The notes beneath the pieces are model-generated. The model did not search any database, was not told where the DNA came from, and saw nothing but the letters and a program-made list of their open reading frames with translations. From the NCBI GenBank assembly GCA_963847705.1, contig CAWKBC010000029.1, positions 32,001 through 96,000 of the forward strand: a stretch of 64,000 nt of DNA, in the 5' to 3' direction. Shown here one piece after another: positions 19,356 through 29,418 of the stretch. The first letter of the stretch is position 1; every line of letters starts with the position of its first letter. The stretch comes from an uncultured Pseudomonadota bacterium. GTDB lineage: Bacteria > Myxococcota_A > Polyangia > Fen-1088. The position numbers and the translations under genes were made by a program.

Positions 19356-19730
19356 TTACTTTGCCGTCACGTGCACGGCGGTCCGCCGGTTCTGAGCGCG
19401 GCAAAACTCGGAGTCGTTGGCCGGACAGATCGGGTGCTCCGCCCCAAACCCTTCCTCTTCGAGCCGGGTCGGCGTCACGCCCATCCGGATGAGCGCCGTC
19501 CGGACCATCTGGGCCCGTCGGTCGAGAGCTTCTTGTTGCGGGCGGCCGGACCGGCGTCGGTGTAGGCCCGCCCCGATCTTCAACTTCACGGCCGGGTAGG
19601 CCTCGAGGATGGCGACCACATTTTCGAGTTGAGATCGCGACTTGGGAAAATCGATGTCCGCGCTCTCGGTCAGGAACACCAGGCGGTCGAAGTCGAACCA
19701 GGTCGTCTTGTCGACCCTCTTCCTCAAGCT
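19356..19730 (-). pseudogene. Truncated, frameshifted OmpA-domain gene
   Basis: DKTTWFDFDRL...LKIGG(fs)YTDAG..NKKLSTD(fs)RAQMV...NRR; two compensating indels and no N-terminal part. Confidence 0.7.
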
Positions 19731-19762
19731 GTGTCCGCATCTGCCGACACTAGAGCCTACGG

Positions 19763-20098
19763 ATGAGTCTAACGATCCGCGTACCAGGAATCCCAATTGA
19801 CCTCCTGCAGGCCGACGACCGCGCGTCACTTTCGTGGCAGGTCTCCGTCCTCGGCGACATGGTGGCGACGCTCGACACGCTGACCACGGCTGGCCAGCAG
19901 CACGTCATCGGCAAGGTCGTCGCCGTGGTCCGCGACCAGGTCCAGCGTGCGGCGCCGCTCGTCAGCCGAGGTGAGCGGGAGATCCTGGCCGGGCTCGTCG
20001 AAGAGATGGAGCAGCAGTCGGATCGCCTGTCGCCCGATCTCGCGGTGTTCACGCCGCGAGCCGAACGGTTGATCGGGCTTCTCGCGCTCGTTCGATAG
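19763..20098 (+). CDS. Hypothetical helical protein
   Basis: 111-aa ORF with normal codon bias filling the gap before slyX. Confidence 0.65.
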   Translation: MSLTIRVPGIPIDLLQADDRASLSWQVSVLGDMVATLDTLTTAGQQHVIGKVVAVVRDQVQRAAPLVSRGEREILAGLVEEMEQQSDRLSPDLAVFTPRAERLIGLLALVR

Positions 20099-20124
20099 CC
20101 AGGCAGTGGTAGCCTTCGGGCACC

Positions 20125-20313
20125 ATGGAATCACGACTCGTGGACCTGGAGGTCCGCTACACCCATCTCGAGCGCCAGGTCGCCGAGCTGAGCGACGTCG
20201 TCTTCGAGCAGCAGCGGGCCATCGACAGCCTGCTCCGCCAGCTCAGCTCCACCAAGGCCGACCTCGCTCAGCTGAGCGAACCTCTCACGAACGAAAAGCC
20301 CCCTCACTACTGA
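20125..20313 (+). CDS. slyX: SlyX family protein
   Basis: MESRLVDLEVR...LSDVVFEQQRAID...EKPPHY signature. Confidence 0.93.
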   Translation: MESRLVDLEVRYTHLERQVAELSDVVFEQQRAIDSLLRQLSSTKADLAQLSEPLTNEKPPHY

Positions 20314-20347
20314 CAACAGGTGCCCCTCCTGCTGCTATCGTGGGGGC

Positions 20348-21109
20348 ATGCCAGGCGACGTCGAGGTGGTCAGGGACGACCGGGTTTTACGCGTCACGCT
20401 GACCCGGCCGAGCAAGAAAAACGCCCTCACCCGGCAGATGTACCTGACGCTCTCGGCGGCGCTGGCCGCAGCGGAAGCAGACGCCGCGATCCGCGTGGTG
20501 CTGTTCTCCGGCGGGTCCGCCGCCTTCTCGGCGGGGAACGATCTGAACGACTTTCTGGGCGCAGGTCGGGATCTGACGCCCGCGACCGGGTTCATCGCCG
20601 CTCTCGCGCAGGCCACGAAGCCGATGGTTGCGGCGGTCAACGGCGTGGCGGTCGGCATCGGCGCCACGATGTTGCTTCATTGCGACCTCGTCTACGTGGG
20701 CCGGACCGCCAGCCTCTCTTTCCCCTTCTTGAATCTGGCGCTGGTTCCTGAAGCCGGGTCGACGGTGCTCCTGCCGGCGGCGATCGGCCTGCCCCGCGCG
20801 ACGAAGCTGCTGTACTTCGGCGACATGTTCTCCGGCGAGGAGGCCGCGCGCCTGGGAATGGTCACCGAGGCGGTGGATGACGAGAAGGTGCAGGCACACG
20901 CCGCCGCGCAGGCGCACCTCCTTGCCCAGCGGGCGCCGCAGGCGCTGATGCTGACCAGGGCGCTGATTCGCCGACCGTTCGCGGCCGCCGTCGCCGAAGC
21001 GAACCAGCGGGAGCTCGACGCGTTCGCGCGCCTGCTCGATTCAGTCGAGGCCCGGGAAGCTCTCACGGCGGTCAAAGAGAAACGACCGCCGGACTTTTCC
21101 AAGCTCTGA
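20348..21109 (+). CDS. Enoyl-CoA hydratase/isomerase family protein
   Basis: KKNALT, FSAGNDL, VNGVAVGIGATMLLHCD, LVPEAGS. Confidence 0.93.
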   Translation: MPGDVEVVRDDRVLRVTLTRPSKKNALTRQMYLTLSAALAAAEADAAIRVVLFSGGSAAFSAGNDLNDFLGAGRDLTPATGFIAALAQATKPMVAAVNGVAVGIGATMLLHCDLVYVGRTASLSFPFLNLALVPEAGSTVLLPAAIGLPRATKLLYFGDMFSGEEAARLGMVTEAVDDEKVQAHAAAQAHLLAQRAPQALMLTRALIRRPFAAAVAEANQRELDAFARLLDSVEAREALTAVKEKRPPDFSKL

Positions 21110-21298
21110 GACCCGACGCGTTCAATCCGTCGGGCAAGCACGCCGCAGATCGAGGTCGATCGGTCCGAAGCACATGCGCAGGCCCGTGACGTCCCAGCGC
21201 CCTCGCATCGATACGAGGCTACCAGGATTCGACGGGCGCTCGTCGTCCATGGCAGGCCATTTTTTGCCCCGGCCTCACCGCGCCGTTACGCTGTCCGC

Positions 21299-21787
21299 AT
21301 GGACAAGCGGTTCCTGATCGAGCAGCTGTCGGACAAGCTCCGCGAATCGGCGACGGTGGCGCGCAAGGCCGGGCAAGCGGCGGCAGACGAGGCGCGCGAC
21401 GGCGCGACCGCCGCCGAGAAGCGGGAGAACGCGCGCGTCGCGCAGGAATACGCCGGGCTGGCGCGGGGCCAGGCGGCGCGCGCCAGCCGGGCGCAGGCCG
21501 AGATCTCGACCTTGGAATCATTTCGGCCCGGCCCCTTGCCGAGGGGCGCGCGGATCGCGCTGGGCGCCATCGTCGAGGTGGAGGACGAAGGGAGGGGCCG
21601 CACGTTCTTCCTGGCGCCCGTCGGCGCCGGCGTCGAGCTCACCGGCCCCGGGGGCGACGGGTTCCTCTCCGTGGTCACGCCTCTTTCGCCGGTGGGCAAG
21701 GCGGTGATGGGCCGCCAGGTCGGCGAGACGGTCGAGGTCACCGTCCAGGGCGAGCCGCGGGAGTGGACCATCACCTACGCGACGTAG
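21299..21787 (+). CDS. GreA/GreB-family transcription factor (atypical)
   Basis: N-terminal coiled coil; C-terminal VVTPLSPVGKAVMGRQVGETVEV. Confidence 0.85.
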   Translation: MDKRFLIEQLSDKLRESATVARKAGQAAADEARDGATAAEKRENARVAQEYAGLARGQAARASRAQAEISTLESFRPGPLPRGARIALGAIVEVEDEGRGRTFFLAPVGAGVELTGPGGDGFLSVVTPLSPVGKAVMGRQVGETVEVTVQGEPREWTITYAT

Positions 21788-23135
21788 TCGCCCGACCGGT
21801 CAGCGAAAGGATGGCGCCGCCGATGCGCTCTTGCCAGAAGGCGCGCTCGTCCGCGCGGTGGGTGACCATCAGCAGCGTGCTTCTTCGCTGGGTGCACAGC
21901 GACTCGACCAGCTCCAGGGCGCGCAGGCGGTTCTCGGCGTCGAGCCCGGAGGTGGGCTCGTCCATCACCACCAGCGGCGGCACCTTGATCGCCGCGCGCG
22001 CGATCAGCACCAGGCGCTGCTGGCCAAAGGAGAGCTCGCGGAAGGCGGCGCTGGGGGCGAGGCCCAGCTCCAACCAGGAGAGCCAGGCCAGCGCTCGCGC
22101 CCGGTGGCTCGGCTCCGGCTTCTGGTAGACCCCGATGCTGTCGAAGAGGCCGCTCAGCAGCACCTCCTCGACGCTGCCGCCCACCCGGTAGTCGCGATGC
22201 AGCCGCGCCGAGACCAGCCCGACGTTCTTCTTGATGTCCCAGACCGTCTCGCCGCTGCCGCGCCGCCGGCCGAACAGATGCAGGTCGTTGCTGTAAGCCT
22301 GCGGGTGATCGCCGGTGAGCATCTCCAGCAAGCTCGACTTGCCTGACCCGTTGGGGCCTTCGATCAACGTGTGCTGCCCCGCGGAGACGGTGAAATCGAG
22401 CCCCTCGAAGACGACCTGCTCGCCGTAACGGACCTGGCCGCCACGCAGCTCCACCAGCGGCAGGCTGGGATCGAGCGGCTCGTACCAGCTGCCCAGCTCC
22501 ACCGGCGGTGGCCTTCGCCGGTGCGACTGGTCGGGGCCGCGCGCGACGAAGGCCTGCGGCGTCCCGCGGAAGACCAGCCGGCGCTCGGCGATGACCACCA
22601 CCTCCCGCAGCGCCTCCGGCGCGAACGGCAGCTCGCCGGCGCCGAACGTCCCCACCACCAGCACGGGCAGGCGCTCGGCCACCTGAACGATGGCCCGGGC
22701 CAGCTCGGCGCAGGCGGCGCGATCGAGGCCGTCGAACGGGTCGTCGAGGATCAGCAGCGACGGGGCGCGGAGCACCGCCTGCAGCAGCAGGACCTTGCGC
22801 GCCTCGCCGGTGGAGAGCAGCCGATAGCCGCGCTCCCACAGCGACTCCAGCCGAAACGCCGCAAAGAGCGGATGGCTTCGGCCCGGCTCACCCAGCAGCT
22901 GGCGCACGCTGCTGCTGGTGTCGACGCCCTGATTGAAGTTGCTCTCGTCCGCCGCCAGCTGCGCTTCGTAGAACGCCTGCTGCGATTCGGCCGAGAGCAG
23001 CTGCGCCCCCGCCACGCGCGCCCCCAGAGCGCGCGCGGCGGTCGATTTACCCGATCCGTTGGGGCCGGTGACCAGGGTCAGCCCCGGCCCGCTGAAGGTG
23101 AGGTCGGAGAGGGGGTCTCGGTCGCGCTCAGCCAC
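21771..23135 (-). CDS. Tandem-domain ABC ATPase (ModF-like)
   Basis: Two Walker A motifs GPNGSGKS; LSTGEARK and LSFGQQR signatures; [10 protein letters not shown]...[15 protein letters not shown]. Confidence 0.88.
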   Translation of the reverse strand: MAERDRDPLSDLTFSGPGLTLVTGPNGSGKSTAARALGARVAGAQLLSAESQQAFYEAQLAADESNFNQGVDTSSSVRQLLGEPGRSHPLFAAFRLESLWERGYRLLSTGEARKVLLLQAVLRAPSLLILDDPFDGLDRAACAELARAIVQVAERLPVLVVGTFGAGELPFAPEALREVVVIAERRLVFRGTPQAFVARGPDQSHRRRPPPVELGSWYEPLDPSLPLVELRGGQVRYGEQVVFEGLDFTVSAGQHTLIEGPNGSGKSSLLEMLTGDHPQAYSNDLHLFGRRRGSGETVWDIKKNVGLVSARLHRDYRVGGSVEEVLLSGLFDSIGVYQKPEPSHRARALAWLSWLELGLAPSAAFRELSFGQQRLVLIARAAIKVPPLVVMDEPTSGLDAENRLRALELVESLCTQRRSTLLMVTHRADERAFWQERIGGAILSLTGRATTSRR

Positions 23136-24613
23136 CGACGGAGATCTGCTTCATCGCCGTCATGTGGCCGCGCAGCGTGGCGCCGACCTTCTCGACCGGG
23201 TGGCTCTCGATGGCCTGGTTCACGGCGAGCAAGCGCCGGTTGTCCACCTGCTGGCTGCCGGGCGCGAAGGCCTTGCCGATCACCTCGGTCGACTGCTGGC
23301 TCATGAACGCCTTCAAGAGCGGCACGGCGGCGTGGCTGAACAGGTAGCAGCCGTACTCGGCGGTGTCGCTGATGACCTTGTTCATCTCGTACAGCTTCTT
23401 GCGCGAGATCAGGTTGGCGATGAGCGGCACCTCGTGCAGCGACTCGTAGTAGGCGCGACTCGGGCTTCATGCCCACCTCCACCATGCACTCGAACGCCAG
23501 CTCGACGCCGGCCTTGACCATGGCCACCATCAGCACCGCGTGATCGAAGTACTCCTGCTCGCTGATCTTCATCGCCCCGGCGGGGGTCTGTTCGAAGGCG
23601 GTGTCGCTGGTGGCGGCGCGCCAGCCGAGCAGGTTCACGTCCCCTGCGTCCCAGTCCTTCATCATCGTCGTGCTGAACACGCCGGTGATGATGTCGTCCT
23701 GGTGCTTCTTGTAGAGCGTGCGCATGAGGCCCCGCAGCTCCTCGGCCAGCTCGAAGGCCTTGACCTTCGCCGGGTTGCTCAGCCAATCCATCATCAAGGA
23801 GAGGCCGCCCTGCTTGAGCGCCTCGGTGATGGTCTCCCAGCCGAACTGAACCAGCTTGCTGGCGTAGCCGCGATCGATCCCCTGGGCCACCATCCGGTCG
23901 AAGCAGAGGATCGATCCGGTCTGCAGCATGCCGCAGAGGATGGTCTGCTCGCCCATGAGGTCGCTCTTCACCTCGGCGATGAAGCTCGACTCCAGCACAC
24001 CGGCGCGATCGCCGCCGGTCGCCGCCGCGTAGGCCTTGGCGATCTCCAGGCCGTCGCCGTTGGGATCGTTCTCCTGGTGCACCGCGATTAGGGTCGGCAC
24101 GCCGAAGCCCCGCTTGTACTCCTCGCGCACCTCGGTCCCCGGGCACTTGGGGGCCACCATGACGACCGTCAGGTCCTTGCGGATCTGCTGCCCCTCTTCG
24201 ACGATGTTGAAGCCGTGGCTGTAGGCCAGGCAGGCGCCCTTCTTCATCAGCGGCATCACCTTCTGCACCACGTCGGCGTGCTGCTTGTCGGGCGCCAGGT
24301 TGCAGACCAGGTCGGCGGTGGGGATGAGCTCTTCATAGGTGCCGACCTTGAAGCCGTTGCTGGTGGCGTTGGTGAAGCTCACCCGCTTCTGCGCGATGGC
24401 GTCGGCGCGCAACGCGTAGCTGATGTCGAGGCCCGAGTCGCGCATGTTGAGGCCCTGGTTCAGCCCCTGCGCGCCGCAGCCGACGATGACCACCTTCTTG
24501 CCCCGCAGCTTCTCGACCCCGTTGAACTCGCTGCGGTCCATGAACCGGCAGCGGCCGAGCTGGTCGAGCTTCTGCGCCATCGTGAGGGTATTGAAGTAGT
24601 TCTGTCGGGACAT
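23128..24613 (-). CDS. ilvC: Ketol-acid reductoisomerase, class II (long form), apparent +1 frameshift near 23455
   Basis: NYFNTL...[39 protein letters not shown]; C-terminal YYESLHE...VISDTAEYG in the shifted frame. Confidence 0.95.
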
Positions 24614-24660
24614 GGTGGGCTCCTCGGTGGTTCTGATGCCTCGGGGCATCGACTTCCCTG

Positions 24661-24689
24661 AGAATAGATCGCCGCGGCCGCCGCGCCAA
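24661..24689 (-). promoter_or_regulatory. Putative sigma70 promoter of ilvC
   Basis: Minus strand reads TTGGCG-N17-TATTCT about 50 nt upstream of the ilvC ATG. Confidence 0.5.
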
Positions 24690-24691
24690 CG

Positions 24692-24737
24692 TTGCGTTTG
24701 AGCCCATTATTGCCAGTCTGTATTGCGGATAACGCAA
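24692..24737. promoter_or_regulatory. LysR (IlvY-type) tandem operator
   Basis: Inverted repeat TTGCG-GATAA-CGCAA (24723-24737, T-N11-A) and a degenerate copy TTGCG-TTTGA-GCCCA (24692-24706) 31 bp away, next to the -35. Confidence 0.65.
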
Positions 24738-24892
24738 CACAGCCCCTCCCGCCCGTTCGCCGCGCCTTTTCGGGGCACCGCCCGACCCCGTCGCGGCCTC
24801 CGGCCCGACTTCCCGCCCCCCCACACGGAGCCCGCGTTCTTTCGTGTCGTTCCTTCGATGCCCTGGCGGCGCCGACGCGCTACCATGTTCCC

Positions 24893-26899
24893 GTGGCGAC
24901 GCCCCCCGCCCCCGACTGGCTCGCGCGCGTCGACGAGGCGATGGCGCGAAGTGATCGGACCGAGACCCGGTCCGCGCTGGCGGCGTTGCTCGCCGAGATC
25001 GGCGACGAACAGCTGCAACTGCGCGAGCGGACCGACCTGCTGTCGTCGGCCTCCTTCGAGGGGCTGCTCATCCACCTGGACGGCAAGGTCATCGACGTCA
25101 ACGACCGCCTGTGCGAGATGCACGGCTACGAGCGCCATGAGCTTCTGAGCGGGGACATCCTGCGGATGTGCGTCGCCGCGGAAGACGTGCCGGGCGTCCT
25201 CGCCCACATGCGCGGCGGGTTCCAGGGCGAGTACATCGTCACCGGGATCCGCAAGGACGGCTCGCGCTTCCGGTCGGAGGTCCTCTCCAAGCAGGGGCGC
25301 CTGGGCGAGCGGCCCGTGCGCATCGGCGCCATCCGCGACGTGACCGAGCGGGAGCGCACGCACGCCCTCCTGCGGGAGAGCGAGGCCCGGTTTCGCGAGC
25401 TCGCCGACGCGGCCTTCGACATGACGATCTTCAGCCATGACGGCGTCATCGTCGACGCGCGCGGCGCCTCCGAGCGCGTGCTCGGGCGGCCGTGCGCCGA
25501 GCTCGTCGGGCGTTCGATCTTCGAGTTCATGGCCCCCTCGACCATCCCGGCGGTGCGGCAGATGGTGAGCGAGAACCGGCTCGGTTTCATCGACGTCACC
25601 GCCGTCGACGCGGCGGGAAACCTGGTGCCCACGCTGGCGGTCGTGGTGCAGGGGACGCTGGACGGGCGCCCGGTGCGCGTGTCGGGCGTGCGAGACATGC
25701 GCGCCGTCCAGCGCCTCGAAGCCGAGCGGCGGGGGCTCGAGCAGCAGGTCCAGCGGGCGCAGCGGCTCGACAGCCTGGGCGTGCTGGCCGGCGGCATCGC
25801 GCACGACTTCAACAACCTCCTGGCGGGGGTGCTGGGCAACGCCGAGCTGCTGCTCGATCGCGCGGCGACCGACGAGGACAGGGAGATCGCTGCGGCCATC
25901 ATCACGGCTGGCCAGCGCGCGGCGGCGCTCACGCGACAGATGCTGGCCTACGCGGGGCAACGGGATCTCGGTCGGCGTGAGCCCGTCGACCTCGGGGAAC
26001 TCGTGCGCGAGCTGCGGTCACTCTTGGCCGCCACCCTGTCGAAGAAGGCGGAGCTCGAGCTGGCCATCGACGCCGACTCTGCGGTCCTGGGCGATCGGGT
26101 CACCCTGAGCCAGGTCGTCATGAACCTGCTCACCAACGCCTCGGACTCGCTCGGCGAGAGCCCCGGTCGAGTGACCGTGCGCGTGCGGCGGGTGAGCGAG
26201 GTCGACGCCCGGTGGGACCAGGCCCAGGGGGCGACGGTGGGGCCCGGACGCTGGGTGCTCCTGGAGGTCGAGGACACAGGCATCGGCATGGACGAGCCGA
26301 CGCGCGGCCGGGTGTTCGAGCCGTTTTTTTCCACCAAGGAGCGCGGCCACGGCCTCGGGTTGGCGGCCTGCCTGGGCATCGTGCGGGCCCACGGCGGCGC
26401 CGTGCTGGTCGAGAGCGAGCTCGGGCGCGGCAGCCGCTTCTCCGTGCTGCTGCCCGCGAGCGACACCCCGACCTTCGTCGGCGCGGCGCTGCGGCCGGGA
26501 CCGACCACCCGCCCCTGCCGCGTGCTGCTGGTGGACGACGAGGCGATCGTGCGGAGTCAGCTGCGCCGGTCGCTCGAGCTGCGCGGCTACACGGTCGTCG
26601 AGGCCGCCGACGGTCACGCCGCGCTGGCGGCGCTCCTTCCGGCCTCCGGGGCCGCCCAGGCCGACGGCGGTGTCGACGTCGTCATACTGGACATGACGAT
26701 GCCCGATCTCGACGGGGCCGAGGTGCTGCGCCGGCTGCGCGCCGCCGGCTCGCGCGTGCCGGTCGTCGTCTCGTCCGGCTACCTCGACGTCGCCGTCGAG
26801 CGGCGCCTGCCGCCCGGCGAGTTCCAGGGCTTCCTGGCGAAGCCCTACGGCGCGACCGAGCTGGTGAGCGTAATCGAACGCGCCCGCGCGGCGCGCTGA
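24893..26899 (+). CDS. Hybrid sensor histidine kinase/response regulator with two PAS domains
   Basis: PAS (RKDGSRF), H-box GIAHDFNNLL, N-box MNLLTNA, DTGIG, FEPFFSTK, GLGL, receiver LVDDE...ILDMTMP...KP. Confidence 0.93.
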   Translation: MATPPAPDWLARVDEAMARSDRTETRSALAALLAEIGDEQLQLRERTDLLSSASFEGLLIHLDGKVIDVNDRLCEMHGYERHELLSGDILRMCVAAEDVPGVLAHMRGGFQGEYIVTGIRKDGSRFRSEVLSKQGRLGERPVRIGAIRDVTERERTHALLRESEARFRELADAAFDMTIFSHDGVIVDARGASERVLGRPCAELVGRSIFEFMAPSTIPAVRQMVSENRLGFIDVTAVDAAGNLVPTLAVVVQGTLDGRPVRVSGVRDMRAVQRLEAERRGLEQQVQRAQRLDSLGVLAGGIAHDFNNLLAGVLGNAELLLDRAATDEDREIAAAIITAGQRAAALTRQMLAYAGQRDLGRREPVDLGELVRELRSLLAATLSKKAELELAIDADSAVLGDRVTLSQVVMNLLTNASDSLGESPGRVTVRVRRVSEVDARWDQAQGATVGPGRWVLLEVEDTGIGMDEPTRGRVFEPFFSTKERGHGLGLAACLGIVRAHGGAVLVESELGRGSRFSVLLPASDTPTFVGAALRPGPTTRPCRVLLVDDEAIVRSQLRRSLELRGYTVVEAADGHAALAALLPASGAAQADGGVDVVILDMTMPDLDGAEVLRRLRAAGSRVPVVVSSGYLDVAVERRLPPGEFQGFLAKPYGATELVSVIERARAAR

Positions 26900-26969
26900 G
26901 GCCCGGCGAGACGCGGGCCGCGCCACGGATGCCCCCCGGGGACCGAGCGGGTGTGATATGCGAGTCGCG

Positions 26970-27383
26970 ATGACTTCACCCACCAGCCCCAAGAAGCGCT
27001 CCCTGATGCCGTCGAGCAAGCTGCGGCGATCGCTGCGGGCACACGGGCACGCGCTGTCGGCGCTCGTTCACGTCGGCAAGGGCGGCCTGTCGCCCGCCGT
27101 GATCAAGCAGGTGGAGCAGACGCTGGCCGATCACGAGCTGGTCAAGCTGAAGGTCGACACGGATAGCCCCCACGATCGCCTGACGGTGGCCGAGCGGCTG
27201 GGCGCACTTCCCGGCGTGAACATCGCTCAGATCGTCGGGCACGCCATCCTGATCTACAAGCGCCACCCGCGTGAGCCGCGCTTCGAGGGCGCGACCCCCG
27301 AGGAGCGGGCCGCCAAGCGAGCGACCAAGCGCCCCGCCAAACCGTCCGGCAAACGCACCGGCAAGCGCGCTGCCAGACGTTGA
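26970..27383 (+). CDS. yhbY: YhbY/CRM-domain RNA-binding protein
   Basis: LRAHGHAL...VGKGGL...LADHELVKLK...QIVGHAILIY. Confidence 0.9.
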   Translation: MTSPTSPKKRSLMPSSKLRRSLRAHGHALSALVHVGKGGLSPAVIKQVEQTLADHELVKLKVDTDSPHDRLTVAERLGALPGVNIAQIVGHAILIYKRHPREPRFEGATPEERAAKRATKRPAKPSGKRTGKRAARR

Positions 27384-27425
27384 CCGAGTGTAAGCTCCGC
27401 GGTGAGGAAGGTCCGGGATGCAGAA

Positions 27426-28412
27426 ATGACCTTGAGGCGACGGCTGGTCGTTCTCGTGATTGCGGTCCTCGCGCTCGGGTCCTACGTGGGATTCCGGATC
27501 CGTCGAGGCCACGCGCCTCTGGAGTGGAGCGGGACGGTCGAGGCCCACACCATGGAGGTCGGCTCACGCGTCGGCGGCCGGGTCCTCGAAGTCCATGTCC
27601 GCGAAGGTGACAACGTCGTGGCCGGACAGCCGCTGGTGACGCTGGAGAAGGGCGACCTTCCGGCCCAGCGGCTGATCGCGGAGGGGCAGCTCGAACAGGC
27701 GCAGGGCGTCCTGCAGAAGGTCGCCAGCCGAACCCTCCCCACCGCGCGCCGCGCGGAGCTGGCCGAGGCGGAGGCCCGGCTGCAGGCGCAACAGGCGCTG
27801 GAGGCGAAGGCCAAGCTCGACGACGAGCGGGCCCAGAAGCTCTACGGCAGCGGAGCTGGGACCCGGTTGGACGCCGACAACGCGACGCTGGCGCTGCGGA
27901 CGGCGAGCGCTCAAGTGGCGGCCCAGAGAGCGCAGAAGGAGACGCTGCTGCACGGGACGCCGGAGGACGTCCGCTCCGGCGAGGGGATGGTCACGGCCGC
28001 CCAGGGGCGCCTGCAACAGATCGACGTGATGCTCGACGAGCTGGTCGTCCGGGCGCCGCGGGCAGCGCGGGTCGAGTCGCTCGATCTGCGACCGGGTGAC
28101 ATCCTCGCCCCCAACGCACCCGCCGCCAAGCTGCTCGAGCCGGCGGAGCTGTTCGTGCGGATCTACGTCCCGGAGACGGAGATCGGCCGCATCCGCCCGG
28201 GGCTCGAGGTGCCGATCTTCGTCGACTCGTTCCCCGGCCGTGCCTTCCACGGGCGCGTCGAGTCGGTCGCCAGCGAGGGGGAGTTCACCCCGCGGAACCT
28301 CCAGACCGCGGACGAGCGCGCCGACCAGGTCTTCGCTTCGCGGGTCCGCATCGAGGACGGGGCCGACGTCCTTCGGGCGGGCATGGCGGCCTTCGTGCGG
28401 GTGCCCAGATGA
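27426..28412 (+). CDS. HlyD-family periplasmic adaptor
   Basis: N-terminal [18 protein letters not shown]...EGD, coiled coil, EFTPRNLQT. Confidence 0.92.
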   Translation: MTLRRRLVVLVIAVLALGSYVGFRIRRGHAPLEWSGTVEAHTMEVGSRVGGRVLEVHVREGDNVVAGQPLVTLEKGDLPAQRLIAEGQLEQAQGVLQKVASRTLPTARRAELAEAEARLQAQQALEAKAKLDDERAQKLYGSGAGTRLDADNATLALRTASAQVAAQRAQKETLLHGTPEDVRSGEGMVTAAQGRLQQIDVMLDELVVRAPRAARVESLDLRPGDILAPNAPAAKLLEPAELFVRIYVPETEIGRIRPGLEVPIFVDSFPGRAFHGRVESVASEGEFTPRNLQTADERADQVFASRVRIEDGADVLRAGMAAFVRVPR

Positions 28413-29416
28413 CCGAGCAGACGAGTGGGCGCTCGGGCGCGCCATCCGCGGGCGCCCCGGAGCTCGCCATCCGGGTCGACGGGGTTGGGCGCAAGTTCGG
28501 CGACTTCGTCGCGCTCGACGACGTGAGCCTCACCGTCCCGATCGGCCAGATCTACGGCCTGCTCGGACCGAACGGCTCAGGCAAGTCGACCCTGATCCGG
28601 ATCCTGTGCGGCCTGCTGGCCCCCTCCTCCGGCCACGCCGCCGTCCTCGGCCTGGACGTCACCACCGACGGTGAGGCGATCCGCCGGAACATCGGCTACA
28701 TGAGCCAGCGGTTCTCGCTCTACGAAGATCTGACCGTGCGCGAGAACCTCGACTTCTTCGCCGGCGTCTACCGCCTCGGGGGCAAGCGCCTGCGCGAACG
28801 GCGGGAGGCGGTCGTCGCGCTGACCCACATCGGCCCCTACCTGGATCGTCGGGCCGGGCTTCTCTCGGGCGGCTGGAAACAGCGGCTGGCGCTGGGGGCG
28901 GCGCTCCTGCACGAGCCGCGCGTGGTGTTCCTCGACGAGCCGACCGCCGGGATCGACCCCGTCGCGCGCCGGGAGCTCTGGGACCTGCTGTTCGCGCTGG
29001 CCGCGCAGGGGATCACCTTCCTCGTCACCACCCATTACATGGACGAGGCCGAGCGCTGCGGCGAGGTGGGGTACCTCTATCTGTCGAAGCTCCTGGTGAC
29101 CGGGACGCCCGAGAAGCTGAAGACGCTGCCGATGGTCAACCAGCCGAACACGCGCCGCATCGAGATCGAGACGCCGCAGCCGGCCAAGGCGCTGGCCTGG
29201 ATCCGGCCGCAGCCCTGGTGTCTGGGCGCCACGATCTTCGGCCAGTCGGTGCACACCGTGATCCCCCGCGAGAAGTCCGACGCCGTCATCCTGGTCGAGG
29301 CGCGCGAGGCCGGGTTTCCGCAGGCGGAGATCCGGGAGATTCATCCCTCGCTGGAGGACGTGTTCGTCAAGCTCACCGAAGACGCCGCCCGGGCGCGCGG
29401 CGAATCGGCGGCCTAG
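28409..29416 (+). CDS. ABC exporter ATP-binding subunit (YbhF-like)
   Basis: [44 protein letters not shown]. Confidence 0.94.
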   Translation: MTEQTSGRSGAPSAGAPELAIRVDGVGRKFGDFVALDDVSLTVPIGQIYGLLGPNGSGKSTLIRILCGLLAPSSGHAAVLGLDVTTDGEAIRRNIGYMSQRFSLYEDLTVRENLDFFAGVYRLGGKRLRERREAVVALTHIGPYLDRRAGLLSGGWKQRLALGAALLHEPRVVFLDEPTAGIDPVARRELWDLLFALAAQGITFLVTTHYMDEAERCGEVGYLYLSKLLVTGTPEKLKTLPMVNQPNTRRIEIETPQPAKALAWIRPQPWCLGATIFGQSVHTVIPREKSDAVILVEAREAGFPQAEIREIHPSLEDVFVKLTEDAARARGESAA

Positions 29417-29418
29417 CC

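Noticed and set aside
19725-19753. Further ECF promoter (GACACTAG) before 19763
   Set aside because: The -10 matches but the -35 position (CAAGCT) matches neither module.
23440-23470. Programmed ribosomal frameshift in ilvC
   Set aside because: No slippery heptamer or stimulatory structure, and similar indels occur in unrelated genes, so error is more parsimonious.
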